Below, piece after piece: positions 36,433-50,065 of a stretch of 64,000 bases of DNA. Location: the NCBI RefSeq assembly GCF_001194135.2, contig NC_068997.1, positions 5,843,086 through 5,907,085 of the forward strand. Reading direction: 5' to 3'. The translations under genes and the position numbers were made by a program. The notes below the pieces were generated by a model. That model was not told where the DNA came from, searched no databases, and was given only the letters and a program-made list of their open reading frames with translations. Within the stretch, counting starts at the first letter, position 1. Each line of letters opens with the position of its first letter. This DNA is from Octopus bimaculoides. Lineage: Eukaryota.

Positions 36433-36924
36433 NNNNNNNNNNNNNNNNNNNNNNNNNNNNNNNNNNNNNNNNNNNNNNNNNNNNNNNNNNNNNNNNNNNN
36501 NNNNNNNNNNNNNNNNNNNNNNNNNNNNNNNNNNNNNNNNNNNNNNNNNNNNNNNNNNNNNNNNNNNNNNNNNNNNNNNNNNNNNNNNNNNNNNNNNNNN
36601 NNNNNNNNNNNNNNNNNNNNNNNNNNNNNNNNNNNNNNNNNNNNNNNNNNNNNNNNNNNNNNNNNNNNNNNNNNNNNNNNNNNNNNNNNNNNNNNNNNNN
36701 NNNNNNNNNNNNNNNNNNNNNNNNNNNNNNNNNNNNNNNNNNNNNNNNNNNNNNNNNNNNNNNNNNNNNNNNNNNNNNNNNNNNNNNNNNNNNNNNNNNN
36801 NNNNNNNNNNNNNNNNNNNNNNNNNNNNNNNNNNNNNNNNNNNNNNNNNNNNNNNNNNNNNNNNNNNNNNNNNNNNNNNNNNNNNNNNNNNNNNNNNNNN
36901 NNNNNNNNNNNNNNNNNNNNNNNN
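36433..36924. other. Assembly gap (N run)
   Basis: 492 N flanked by (TA)n on both sides. Confidence 1.
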
Positions 36925-37443
36925 ATATATATATATATATATATAATGTGTGTATATATCTATATATATGGCACCTGTGCCCAGCGTCACCTTTCTGGCA
37001 CTTGTGCCCGCAGCATGTGTAAGGACTTTCGAGAGAGATTGTTGCCAATGCCCCTGGACTGGCTCTTGTGCGGGTGGCACATAAAATACACCATATGGTA
37101 TCTACTTGGATAATTTATCCCTGTTTTTTAATTGTAATTGATGTAAGATTGAATAGTTAATGCTTATGATCATAACACAGACATTTGAATTAATTTTTAC
37201 AATCCAGCTGTCCTTCCCAGACAGGATTTCGTCTTTCTGAAGTGACTTATATATAATTGAACTGTGATTTTGTACATTGTTGGCCTTTTACGGTTTTGAT
37301 AATTATTTATATAATATTATGTTATGTTATATATTATATATAATATATTATATTCATAGTATTTAATGTAATATTGTAATATAATAAATTATTGAATGTC
37401 AATAGAATATCTATATTTAATTTATCTTTCTTAATATAAATAT

Positions 37444-37529
<86 letters not shown>

Positions 37530-37534
37530 GCATA

Positions 37535-37715
37535 TATGGGTACAGGACTTCACCAACAGTTAACATGAAATATGAAAACAAATGAGTTTAATATGCAAAC
37601 AGTGAGAGAAACAAATGGAACACAGGACAAGTAACATAAAGAACGACCTTCATCAGTTGTTGGCTGTCTCTCTACTCCTCATTTTGAGCATTGAACAAGT
37701 TTATCTTATAGTAAC
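37535..37715 (-). mobile_element. Possible Penelope-like terminal remnant with a half hammerhead core
   Basis: The minus strand has caaCTGATGAAGGtcg but no GAAA block. It lies next to a (TA)n run. Confidence 0.3.
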
Positions 37716-39527
37716 CAAAGCTCAAATTTTGGCTACATTAAACTTCATATCATTGTGTGTGTGTAGATGTGTACATCACACACACACACACACACACACT
37801 GTATGAAATTAACCATGAGCTGACAGAATTGCTACCATGTTGAAAATAAATATGCTTAGTGGCATTTTTTGTTTCATTAAATTCTTAGTTCAAATCCCAC
37901 CAAGGCCAACTCTGTCTTTCATCCTTTCAGGGTTGATAAAATAATTACCAGTTGAGCACTGGAATCATTCTAATTGATTACCCCACTCCCCATAAATTGC
38001 CAAAATTTGATACCATTATTATCGTTATTCTAAATTCTATTTATTATATATTTTTTAAAGTTTATATGAATTGAAAAAAAATATCCATAATAGAATATGT
38101 GACTGTGTGGGTGGTTGCATATATCAATTTGTCTACTGTTAATGAAATGAATTTTATTCTCGTGCTTTAAAAAATTTACAGCAATTTTGAGATGAGAATG
38201 TTTTAGCTAATTGGTAGGGGGTGGAGGACAGGAGGTGCAGTGGTAGATGTCAAATATTTGTTGAAAAAACATTTCTAAATTGTAAGAAATAAGTTTTTTT
38301 TTTTACTTTTAATTTTTCATGTAGCAGAAAGCTAATTCTGGAGAATGCAGATAGGTGGTAGGGGAGTTCATGAAGCACTCTCATCATCTCATCCTCATCC
38401 ACTCCTCCTCTTCTTCCTCTTTCTTTCATCCCTCCTCCTCTGCCTCATCTGCTATCTCTTCTTCCTCCTTCATCACCCCCTCATACTTGGTTGATCATTT
38501 TATTTTATTTATTTATCCTGGAAAAAGGACACAATCACCTTATGGTACCTTTATGCTGCTAAGTAGTCTGGGCTTTAGAGAGTTAAGTGTTAAATGAATA
38601 CAATATGAAGTCTTGATTCTTCTACTTAAATATATGAATATATATAATGATGTATATATATATGATGTGTTTATGTGTCTATATATATGTCTGTGTGTGT
38701 GTGTATATATATGCACACACACACATACATACATAGACACATATTTCTCTACTCATTCTTATGCATATTTAAATGTCTGTATGTGTGTTGTGTATCATTA
38801 TCATCTAAAAAATTATCTATATGTGCAAGCATAAACATAAACATACTCTTTTCACCCAAATATATATGTATATAATTGTGTGTGTGTGTGTGTAGAAATG
38901 ATGATGATATATTACATGATCTCTATCAGTTGATCTCTTGGCAAGCAGCTTTGAAAAAAGGAACCTGAGGGAGAGAGAGAGACAGGGATGAGGAAAGAGA
39001 TAATAAAGGATGATAAGGAGGGGAGTTCTGACAAAAGATTATAAAATAGAATAAAACATAAACACGCATGCTATTTGAAATGTAAATTTTATTATTATTA
39101 ACATCCAATTTAATCACTTAGGAACCTCTGTTTCCGTGAAATATATCGAGATAAAAGTTTAATGGAAGCAACACCATACAAGAATGTCACATCTTTCATT
39201 GAATTTCATCTTTTGTTTTAGACTTCTGCACATTTAAAAAAATACTTTTATAGTTTGTTGCTTTAGTTTTTTTTTCTCTCTTGTTCCCTTTGATGTCTCT
39301 TCTGCACTTTAATTGTAAATAAAACATTAGATATATCACCAAATTTTCTAAAATATATCTCTATGTGTTAGGTTTTCATCCCTTGCCTACATACCCTCAG
39401 TTTTTTGTCTTGTTTTTGCAAAATTTTAAATTATTTATTAAATCTATATTTTTAAAACTTTTATGAAGACTCTATAGGTTGCTTTTATGTGTCTTTTAAA
39501 ATATTATTGATAACAACAACAATAATA

Positions 39528-40503
39528 ATGGTTTCAAATTTTGGCTCAAGGCCAGTAATTTTAGGGGAAATGGTTTAGTTGATTATGTCAAGTCCAGTAC
39601 TTGACTGGTACTTTATTTTATCAACTGCAAAAGGATGAACTGCAAAGTCAGTATTGGCAGGATGTCACTCAGAACGTAAAGAACTGGAGCATATGTTGCT
39701 ACGCATTTTGTCCAATGCTCTAATGATTCTGTCTGCTTGCCGTGTTAATAATAATAATAATAATTATGCCCTGATTGGAAGTGTTATTACGCACATGTTT
39801 TGTCTTGGTATAAAAGACGGATTACAACAAATATTCTGCTCAATACTACAGATTTGCTTGTCAGTTGTTTGACCATAGCCACTTGCGCATGTTCCTTGGT
39901 GGCTGGGGATATGTGCGTCTCTGATCATGAGCAATAGTATGGGAGAGCATCATAGCCATGTGTTGAGAGGAATTCTTTGAGATTTGAATAATTCACCTCT
40001 GGAAACATGGGTGTTTCATTCAACATGCTTAAACAAACTTTATTCAGGAATTTTACTCAACCTAAAGAAAATTCTAACTGGGCCCCACCTGCAAGGTCAT
40101 GTGCTGTTTATCTTGATATGAGATCACCATGTAATGCACATATGGTTGTGATGCATGTGCCTTGTGTACTTTTATCTGATGGGTAATCGTGATGGGTATA
40201 CTGGGCTTCGTATATTTTACCCCAGTGTCACTTTGATAGCATGCACTGCTCTCTCACTCAGTAATGATAATAATAATAATCCTTTTTACTATATGCACAA
40301 GGCTTGAAATTTGATTTCTTGGGAGAAGGTGATTGTTAATTACATTGACCCTAGTGCTTGATTGGTACTTATTTTATCAACCCCAGAAGTATGGAAGGCA
40401 AAATCAACCTTGGCAGAATTTGAATTCAGAATGTAAAGAGCTGAAAGAAATGCCACTAAGCATTATGTCTGATGCTCTAACAATTCTGCCAGCTCACCAC
40501 CTT
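39528..40503 (-). mobile_element. Minus-strand stack: family A (39528-39750), family E (39765-40260), family A (40280-40503)
   Basis: Each unit is bounded by (AAT)n runs. E is the reverse complement of 41178-41609. Confidence 0.8.
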
Positions 40504-41177
40504 AATAATAAGTAGAAGAAAAAATTACTGTGTATGAGACCAAATACATGAGGGCATATGGCCTAGTGGTTAGGACCAGATGGTGTAGCCTGTGTCTTTG
40601 AGCAGAGCACTGGGTAGCATATCATGCTATTGCTGGTGTAGTTCTCTCTTCCACCAGCTGTCACATCTTCAGTATTCTGCTGGAAGGGCCAACAGAATGT
40701 TTATGTCTGCTCACACCTACTCAGGCACCTAAAACAATTAATGAAGCAAGGTACTTGTTACCTGGTCATATTTGTTGCAAGTTATAGATACACATGCTTT
40801 TTGACACTGTATATATTCCAGTCTTAGAATAGCTTTGCCTGTATTTCTATGTATGTTATAAAAGGTGACTAAAAGGGCTGCAAGAGGACAGTCACCTATG
40901 TATATATTGTATGTATGTGTTGTGTGGGTGTATGTGTGACTGTGTTAAAATGCCTAGTTTCATTAATATCACTATTTTTTTTTATTTATGATTCTCTTTT
41001 TGTCAATTTTATTTTTGTATGTGTATTTTTGTGTTTCTGTTTAGATGTGTATACCTGTGTAAGTATGTATGTGTATGCCTGTGTGAGCTTTCCATTTTCT
41101 CATCAAAAATATCCAGTTATCCTCTCAATTCTTCTTTTTATCTCATTACTTGAAATGTTAAGCATTATTATTATCAT

Positions 41178-41610
41178 TGAGTGAGAGAGCAGTGCATGCC
41201 ATCAAAGTGACACCGGGGTAAAATATACGAAGCCCAGTATACCGATCATGGCCACCCATCTGATAAGGAATTTACTTCAGGTCCAGTAGCCCATCCCTGA
41301 ATAATGTTTGTTTAAGGATGTGGAACAAAACAACGTTTTCAGAGGTGAATTATTCAAACCTCAAAGAATCCCTCTCAACACATGGCTATGATGCTTCCCC
41401 ACTACTAATGCTCATGATCAGAGATGCACATATCATCAGCCACCAAGGAACATGCTCAACTCGTTAAAGTCAAACTGACAAGCAAATCTGTGGTTTTGAG
41501 CAGAATATTTGTTGTAGCCCATCTTTTATACTAAGACAAAACATGTACATGATAACACTTCCAATCAGCAGCCATGAGAGCCAGTGCCTGGTACTGCATC
41601 AAAGCATTTA

Positions 41611-41672
<62 letters not shown>

Positions 41673-42030
41673 TGTGCTGGCAGAATCATTAGAGCAGTAT
41701 TTTTTTCCATCACTCTTTACTTTCTGTGTTCAAATTCTGCTAATATGGATTCTTCCTTTCATCTTTTTTAGGGTCAATCTAACCCACTACCCTTCCCTCA
41801 AAATTTCAGGTCTTGTACCTCTAGTAGAAAGGATTATTATTAGAATGATGAGCCAGCAGAATCATTAGCACACTGGACAAAATGCTTAGCAGCATTTCTT
41901 CTGGATTTACATTCTAAATCTGAATTCTGCCAAGGTCAACTTCACCTTTCATTCTTTCAGAGGCAATAAAGTAAGTGCCAGTTGAGCACTAGGGTTTATG
42001 TAATCAGCTAGCCCTCTTCCACCAAAATTT
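41178..42030 (+). mobile_element. Plus-strand stack: family E (41178-41609), (ATT)n (41610-41672), two family-A SINEs
   Basis: E runs tgagtgagagagcagtgcatgccatcaaagtgacac..gtactgcatcaaagcattta(tta)n. A copies at ~41675-41835 and 41848-42030. Confidence 0.8.
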
Positions 42031-42322
42031 TAAGCTATCTTAAAACATACAGGACATATTGGGTAATATTTGTTCTGATATTATAAAATGGGATGGTCAC
42101 ACATGGAATGTCTTTGATCACATGTTTATTTAATCAGGCTGACCTCAAAGTGGAAGAGCATAAATTTAATAATCCACAAAATTCATACATTACTCTTCGG
42201 TTTTATTGTCCAGCCTCTCCTCTTCCAATTGTCCAGTTTTTACTGATCTTACCAATTCTTCTTTCTCTTCCTATTGCAGGTAGAATGATGTACTGTTGTG
42301 CTGAGAGGCACTAAGGAATGGA

Positions 42323-42417
42323 ATGCCTGTTCTAACAATGAGTCGAGTACCAGTTATAAAATCCAAGTCCATTGGCAGCAAACATAGCCAACTCATTGAT
42401 GAAGAGGAAAATCTATG
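42323..42417 (+). CDS. Candidate first coding segment of an unidentified host gene (exon 42280-42417)
   Basis: Strong acceptor ttcttctttctcttcctattgcAG and donor TG|gtaaga. There is an in-frame stop at 42302, then ATG at 42323 or 42338: MPVLTMSRVPVIKSKSIGSKHSQLIDEEENL plus TG (phase 2). The sequence is unique and non-repetitive. Confidence 0.5.
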
Positions 42418-42667
42418 GTAAGATTTTTATTATTTATCATCATAATCATCGTTTTAACATCCACTTTTTCATGCTTGCATGGGTCAGATGGAATTCATCA
42501 AAGTAAATTTTCTACAGCTGTCACCAACACTTACCTGATTTCAAGTGAAATGATATTTCCCCATGACTAGACATGTTTTCGTAGCAGGCTATAAACAAAG
42601 AACACTTCTTGTATGATGCTGGTACTTGTTTACAAACAACCATTGTGTGATGTCAAGATAAAGAGGA

Positions 42668-42698
<31 letters not shown>

Positions 42699-42850
42699 TG
42701 CACACGCACACACACACAGACGCGCGCGCACACATATATATACATACATACAAGGTGTGTTATAAAAACCTGCCTAGACCTGTGTCTCCAAAGCAAGAAT
42801 CTATTAGCTTGTACCTTTATACTGTCATTAAATGATAATATATATATATA

Positions 42851-43076
42851 CAGGGTGTCCCAAAAAGATGTACTAACTCTTTGACTTCCCAGTACTCATG
42901 CATTTTGTGTTCAAGTAGATGTTTATTGATATACATACAATCCTAAAAAGTTAAATTAAATTCAGGAAAATAAATTGTTGTAGAAACGATTATTTATTGT
43001 CATTTAGAAATAAAAAAAAAGCAATGCATTAGTAATCGTCTGTCAAAGAGTGAGTACATCTTTTTGGGACACCCTG
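42851..43076. mobile_element. Tc1/mariner-type MITE (226 bp) with 35-bp TIRs and TA target-site duplication
   Basis: cagggtgtcccaaaaagatgtactaactctttgac versus the reverse-complemented right end cagggtgtcccaaaaagatgtactcactctttgac (1 mismatch). TA on both sides. Confidence 0.92.
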
Positions 43077-43082
43077 TATATA

Positions 43083-44001
43083 CATCAGGAATCACTGCCG
43101 AAATGATTAAAATTTCCAGTGGCGTAGGATACAGCATAGTCACCTGTATAGTTAATCAGGTTATATAGGAAGGCACCATCCCCAATGACTGATGTAGTAG
43201 CATTATAATTAGCTGCTACAAGTACAAAGGTAAAGGTGATACCTTAGATAGAAACACCTACAGAGGTATTAAACTGCTCGACGAAGTCATGAAAATTACT
43301 GAGAGGGTTATAGCTCAATTGATTAGAAATAGAATTAAACTAGATGAGATGCAGTTTGGATTTGTATTTGGGAAGAGTACCACATATGCTATCTTCCTAG
43401 TGAGACAGCTGCAGGAAAAGTACTTGGTCAAAAGTAAGCCATTGTACTTAGCTTTTGTCGACTTGGAGAAAATTTTGACCGAGTTCCCCTCTCTCTGATA
43501 TGGTGGTCTCTAAGGAAGTTATGAGTAGAGGAGTGGCTTGTTAGAGCTGTCCAAGCTATGTGCAGTGGTGCTGTCAGTAAGGTGAGAGTTGGCCATGAAT
43601 ACAGTGATGAATTTAGTGTTCAGGTAGGGGTTCACCAGGGCTCAGTTTTCAGCCCACTCTTTTTCATTATAATCCTCCAGGCCATAACAGAGGAATTCAA
43701 AACAGGGTGCCCGTGGGAACTGCTATTTGCTGATGACCTTGCTCTTATTGCAAAATCTTTAGTAGAATTGGAGAAGAAATTCCATGTATGGAAACAAAAC
43801 CTGAAATCAAAGGGCCTTAAAGTTAACCAAGCTGTGACAAAAATGGTTGTTAGTAAGAAAGAAGATAAAACTTTCTGTCCATCAGATAAATGGCCTTGCT
43901 CCATATGTAGTAAAAGAGTTGGAAGAAATACCATTTGCTGCACCTAGTGTAAACTATGGACACATAAGAGATGCTGTGGTATCACAGGTAGATTAACTGA
44001 T
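43083..44001 (+). pseudogene. RTE-clade LINE reverse transcriptase fragment with a Cys/His finger
   Basis: SGITAEMIK..YRGIKLLDEVMKITERVI..LDEMQFGF..STTYAIFLVRQLQEKY..LYLAFVDLEK / VGVHQGSVFSPLFFII..ELLFADDLAL..KGLKVN..WPCSICSKRVGRNTICCT*CKLWTHKRC. Contains stops and a frameshift. Confidence 0.95.
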
Positions 44002-44049
44002 GAACCAAACACTGATATAATTATTTCACCTGATTAGATTAGAATGTGT

Positions 44050-44990
44050 GCTATTGTTTCTTGTATAAGAGACATGTTCCACTGTCAAACAGTCCATGTG
44101 CTGTCAACACTATCTCTGCTAAGAGTTCAGCATTCTGTGACTGATGACATACAGACATACACCATCGCTGTAGCACCTACAGAAATTTCTGGATGAAGAG
44201 CATATGCAGTTGCTCTTTGGCACATTTTTATTCTAAAAAGTTCACATCTTTGGGGTTACAGTCCTAGATTGAATGAGGATCAAGACTGACTATCTGGCCA
44301 AATGCTCACAGTCTTCTTTCAGTCAGGTAGTGTGACTAGTGGGACTTCCTTGTTGGCATTTTAACCAAGAACTAATGATGGGAAAGAGTGACAACATACT
44401 TGGAAAAGTGGGTGGGGACGAATCAACTGGCTGGTCTGTTCCAGAGAATTTTCAGTTTGGGGACTATAGACAATGTCCAGAATCCTTGAAGTAGCAATGT
44501 TATGGGGAATAGGGGAGGCATTGCTGCTTTGAGATAAACACTACAGGCAATGAAGTGCCATTAGCTGCATGGCATGAACTCATTCAGCATACAAGCATTG
44601 TTGACTTGTAGAGTTTTGTGAAGCAACTGTTGTTGTATATATTTAGGTCCTTCTTAGAGATAATCTCACTGGCTCCTTTTGTCCAGAAAGGGCAGGCAAT
44701 TTTCCTCTATCTGGATGTGATAGTAAAAGAGATTAATTGGTGGATGTGACTGAAAAAAGACTGAGGACATACACACTCCTTTAGTTAGCCCCTTATCAGC
44801 TTTTATCAACTTTTTCAATTTCCACTTGGAGTGGAGAGTGAGAGTTTAGAGGGAGATACTGCTCTGAAGTATTTTTGTTGAAGGATAACTCTGAGTATGA
44901 AGGGCAAACATGAGCTAAATGAATGAGTTTATTCATAGCCAAAAGAGTGATGGGATGGAGAAGGCATTAACCTTTGTTAGTCAGTGTAGT
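44050..44990 (-). mobile_element. Highly decayed LINE-like sequence (possibly a CR1/L2 endonuclease region)
   Basis: High-complexity sequence with only weak peptide hints (IVYSPQTE; PTRKSH*SHYL). Confidence 0.25.
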
Positions 44991-45609
44991 CCTGGATCTG
45001 TAGGGTCTTTGATTGGCCCCTAGGTGGAACTCTTCGCATTTGGGGACTCATATCAAATATGTACCCTATCACTATTTGTATTTATGCTATTCACTACAGT
45101 TCACATACATATGTGTGTGTGCTGACATAAACAACATACTTCATAACATACTTGCAGGTGCATACAAATGCATATTTACTTTTGTGTTTATATATATATA
45201 TATATATATAACACATACACACACCCATGCGCACACATACATACATACATACATACATACATACATACATACATAGACACCTGACATAAAACCTATTTTA
45301 GTCACAAAGGACACACAAAAGAATTAAAAGTGAAGTTTGATATTCTTTCATGTTTTGTTTGTGTCTCCATAAAAGCTTTGTTCCAATCCATAAAATGTGT
45401 TCTGTGTGCAGTCTTAGATTAGTCATTCACAGACAATTCCATTATTCACCAAATACACCCTCATCTTCTTGCTGTGCTGTGTCTCTGCATGCTTTCCGTG
45501 TATGTGTGTGTGAGTGTGCATGTGTGTGCACACACTTTGTCCAGTGCATTGAGTTCTATATCAGTAAATGTTTGTTTTGTGTTAAAATATACTTTTAATG
45601 TATTTTACA

Positions 45610-45866
45610 GCTCTAAAGTGAGTGAGATGGCAGAATTGCCAGCATGCCGGTCAAATGCTTAGCAGCATTTTGTCTATTTTTACATTCTGAGTTCAAATTC
45701 TGCTGAGGTTGACTTTGCCTTTCATCCTTTTAGGGTTGATAAAATAAGTACCATTCAAGCACTGAGGTCAATGTAATCGACTTACCTCCTCTCCCTAAAC
45801 TGCTGGCCTTGTACCACAATTTGAAACCAATATATTTTACAGCTGTCACATTACTATATCTCTATC

Positions 45867-45901
<35 letters not shown>

Positions 45902-46370
45902 TGTAGCTTATGTGGTTTTCTCTTTTCTTTTTTGTGGCTGTGTCATTTAAGAATCTTGCTTGCCAACCATGTGCTCTCATATTCACTCCAACTTCATGAC
46001 ACCTTGAGCAAGTGTCTTCTATTGCAACTCCAAAGCTGACCAAATTGTTGTAAATGGATTTGATAGATAGAAACTGGAAAGAGCCTGTCATGTGCATGTG
46101 TGGGTGTGTAAGGGCACAGGGCCTAGTGGTCAGGGTTTGGTGATCACGAGATTGTGGTTTTGATTCCTGGACCAGGTGATGCATTGTGTTCTTGAGCAAA
46201 ACTCTTCATCTCATGTTACCCTGTGATCACTTTGACATCTGATGTATCTGAACAGGCAGTGGCAATTTGGAAGGAGTGAGCTAATGTAGAGCATAGACAT
46301 TTGATCGCTGTAAACAAATCATCTGTGCAGGAGGTTGTTCAGCAAGAAATTGCAGAACCCTCATCTATCA
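45610..46370 (+). mobile_element. Family A (45610-45830), B head (~45905-46090) and family D (46110-46370) copies
   Basis: Diagnostic motifs of each family in series. Confidence 0.7.
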
Positions 46371-47399
46371 TCTATGACAGGAGAGTCCGTAATATGTATG
46401 TATGCATGTGTACATTTGTAGTTTGTGCATGTGCTTGTGTGTCTGCATACATATGTATGCACGCATCTGCATACACTCGTATTTAAATTACAACAACAAC
46501 AAAGAAGACAAGGCAAAGATTAAGCCTCTGTATGGACACTCAAACCTCCAGAAATGGCAGCTAAATCTCAGTGTAATTCCACACCCTTCCATCTTAAAAG
46601 ACAGAGATACATTAAATACAACATTTCTGCACCTCTTCCCCTGCACAAAAAAAGGAAATAAAAATGGGATGGTCACAATGTGATGTTATGGCTAGAATTC
46701 TTTTGATCATAGGTCTGCTTGATTCAAACAACAAAGGGCATAGTTTGTTATTTGTTGTTGTTATAAGCTCTAACATGCTCGATCCTTGCCAATACAAATA
46801 CACATGTAGTGGCCATCAAAGCTCCATACCTCTCTGTACCTATCAGTTAATCTTTGCAAACTACATCCCACACACTGATTCAGCATTCCTAGGTCTGTGT
46901 GACCTTTCACACTCTGGTGGGGTCTGATGAACAATGTCAATCTCATTAACCTCTCTATATTATTTGTTCATAACGTTGTTTCTTCCTTAAAGCAGGTGTT
47001 TTAAATAATTGCAGTAAGTAGACACTATGATCTTACCAGTTTCTCTCTCAGCTCTGAAATTTCTGCTGCTACTGACCAACCTTATTTGACCTCCAACTAA
47101 CATAATATCATGAAGTCAGTACTCAACTAAATGTGGGCACCCCACCACCACATGCACAATTGTCACCCTTGCTGTTATTACTAAAACCACCACCGCCTAA
47201 GCATGATCTTGACTTTTTAAACTGGGTAGACCTCGTGCTTTCTCAAATATGTCATTAGCTGATGTCGTGTTTATTATTATTCTTTGTTTTGTATACTTGG
47301 ATTACTTGCTTTAGTTAGTGGAATGCAGCTTTGAAGGGTTTGGTTCAACAAATTGACTTCAGTATTTATTTTCGGTCTGGTACCTATTCTATCAGTCAT

Positions 47400-47927
47400 C
47401 ATCATCGTCATCATCATCATTTAACGACTGTTACCCATGCAGGCATGGGTTGGACGGTTTGACCAGGATTGGTAAGCTGAGGGACTGCGCCAGGTTCCAG
47501 TCTGATTTGGCATGGTTTCTACAGCTGGATGTCCTTCCTAATGCCAACCACTCTGAGAGTGTAATGGGTGCCTTTGCATGCCATTCGCACTGGTGCCAGT
47601 TGCATGACACCAGTATCTGCCATGACTATGATCTCACTTGGCTTGACGGATCTTCCTTTTCAAGCACAACATATTGCCAAAGGTCTTTGTCATTTGTCAT
47701 TGCCTCCGTGAGGCCTAGCACTCAATCACGTGTTACTGGCACGGTTGCTCGTTCCACGACACCAGCATTGGCCATATTGCTTCTGTAAGGCCCAACGCTC
47801 AAAAGGTGCTTTTTATGTGTCACCACTCTTTTGTTAAACTGCCCAGTGATGTAAACAAACCAACACCAGCTGTCAAGCAGTGGTAAGGGACAAATAAACA
47901 CACACACACACACACACACATACAGAC

Positions 47928-47975
<48 letters not shown>

Positions 47976-48060
47976 CAAGCTTCTTTCAGTTTTCATCTAC
48001 CATTCACTCACAAGGTACTGGTTGGCCCAAGACTATAATAAAATACACTTGCCCAAGATA
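47400..48060 (-). mobile_element. Family-C RTE end (47400-47830) embedded in a family-B SINE
   Basis: Minus frame VLGLTEAMTNDKDLWQYVVLER (~47650-47720) matches the RTE ORF2 end. The B body and head continue at 47830-48060. Confidence 0.75.
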
Positions 48061-48580
48061 TTTGTTTATTTTTACTTTTGTCCTTTCAGCACAACATTTT
48101 ACAACTATGATATAACCCAATCATATACATCACCTAGAAACAAGTACAACAGACATAACATGTACCTAGCTTTTGTTGTTTTATTGACTCTGTGCAGTTA
48201 TGAGCACATATAGACATCATTTTGGCCATCTCCCCTTTGTGCTTCTGCAGTATTGAGAATGTGACAGCTGAAGAAAAAGAAGACTGTACCCACACTAGGC
48301 TGGTACTCATTTACAGCTGAGAGACTGGCATAACATGAAATAAAGTACCTTGCTCAAGGACATAGGAATTGAACTATCAAACTTATGACTGTAAGCCTAA
48401 CACTCTAACTCCTGGGCTGTTTGCATTATGATATAAAAGGAAGGTCTTATGGGCTGATAAAGGTGCCTCTGTGTAGTCAATCAACCAACTAGAAATAAAA
48501 GCCAAATTACCTCAAATCATATTCTTTATAAAAAGGAAAAAATATGGTAAACATACAAAAGGAAAAAGACAACACATTAA

Positions 48581-49050
48581 TCCTTTTTATACCAGTCTGC
48601 CTGAAACAACCCCTGGTTCTATGAAGTAATTTTTTTTGTTTTAAATTGAAATTTCATGTTAATTTATATTCCAAATAACAGCCTAATAATGACCGTTCTA
48701 CTAAATTCAGTATTATTTTCAAAATTAATGGAAACAGATGCAGTATATTTTAACATAAATACCTTTTATCTTTTACTTGTTTCAGTCATTAGACTGTGGC
48801 CATGCTGGGGCAATGCCTTGATTAATTTTTATCAAACTAATTGACTCTAGTACTTATTTTCTTTTTTAAACCTTGTAATTATTCTCACAGTCTCTTTTGC
48901 TGGACTGCTTAGTTACAAGGATATAAACACACCAGCACCATTTGTCAAGCAGTGGCGGAGGACAAACACACACACACACACAACGAGCTTCTTTCAGTTT
49001 CCATCTACCAATTCCACTCACAAGACTTTGATCAGCTCAAGGATATAGTA
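48581..49050. mobile_element. piggyBac-type MITE copy (48581-48760) cut by a minus-strand family-B SINE (48770-49050)
   Basis: TTAA-tcctttttataccag..aaatttcatgttaatttatattccaaa..ttttcaaaattaatggaaacagatgcagtatatttt matches 30046-30262. Confidence 0.7.
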
Positions 49051-49189
49051 CCATACTATTAGGGATTAATGGGTGTTAAATGAACAATCTAGAAATATGA
49101 TGTATGCTATAAAAAGGGAAAAACGACAAAGAGCTGTAGATTGCCCATTCCTACTTCAAAACCTTGTGAAATTTATTAACGGTTTAGAT

Positions 49190-49572
49190 GTAGGTATAGC
49201 TGGCCAGCCATGTGATCTTGGGTTCAGTTTCACTGTACTGTACTTTGGGCAAGCATCTTCTACAATATCTCTATGGTAACCACAGCTTTGTGAGTGGCTT
49301 TAGTAGACAGAAACTGAAAGAAGCCTGTTGTGTGTGTGCATTTGATTATGTATGCTCTTGCCTTGACATCACATGATAGTTGTAAATGAGTTCATTGTCA
49401 TGTAAGGCTCTTCATTTCTTGCCTTCTGTGAAAAATGCTTAGCTACAGGAAAATATTACTTTGCTTGGAAACAGATTTTTCTATGGCCAGATACCTTTGC
49501 TGTCATGAACCTTCACTTGTTTCCATCTGACTTGTGCAAGCATTGAAATGTGGATGTTAAATAATGATGATG
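49190..49572 (+). mobile_element. B-head plus G-body SINE
   Basis: gaaactgaaagaagcc(tg)n..cttgccttgacatcacatgatagttgtaaatgag..gtgcaagcattgaaatgtggatgttaaataatgatgatg. Confidence 0.7.
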
Positions 49573-49994
49573 ATTGCTTGTAGTAAGGATTTGGACTTAT
49601 TAGAATCAAGACACCAATAGCTCACTACCCCAGCCTTCAAGTTGTAGGACTTCATCATATCTATAGCAGTAGGTTTGGTTGTTATGTCTGAGTCATGGAA
49701 TTCTTCCTTCTTTTGACCCACTTCTCTTTTGAAGTGCTTTAAGCTAAACCATTCTGGTGTTTTCTTCTGCTCCTTACATTGACCAATTCCTTTATGCTTT
49801 ACTTTCACCATTTCATCAATTCCCTGGAGTTACACTTTTCATGCAATGGATTCCTTTATCTTAACAATTCATTAAAAAAAAAAATTTTGCTTTTCTTTAT
49901 TGATTTTTGTATGTGTGTATTTAAGTATGTATATATATATATATTTATATATATATATGCACAAACACATTTCTGCACAAACACATATATGCAC

Positions 49995-50065
<71 letters not shown>

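Noticed and set aside
36299-37113. Long ORFs of 213-250 aa (also 50245-50802 and 55476-55959)
   Set aside because: Artefacts of translation across N-gaps and (TA)n.
46996-47013. 18-nt segment with a good acceptor and a gtaagt donor
   Set aside because: It introduces a stop in the phase required by the 42280 exon. A minus-strand donor nearby makes the signals ambiguous.
48219-48310. ctgcAG followed by IENVTAEEKEDC.. in the compatible phase
   Set aside because: No convincing donor, and it runs straight into a minus-strand family-D SINE and a stop codon.
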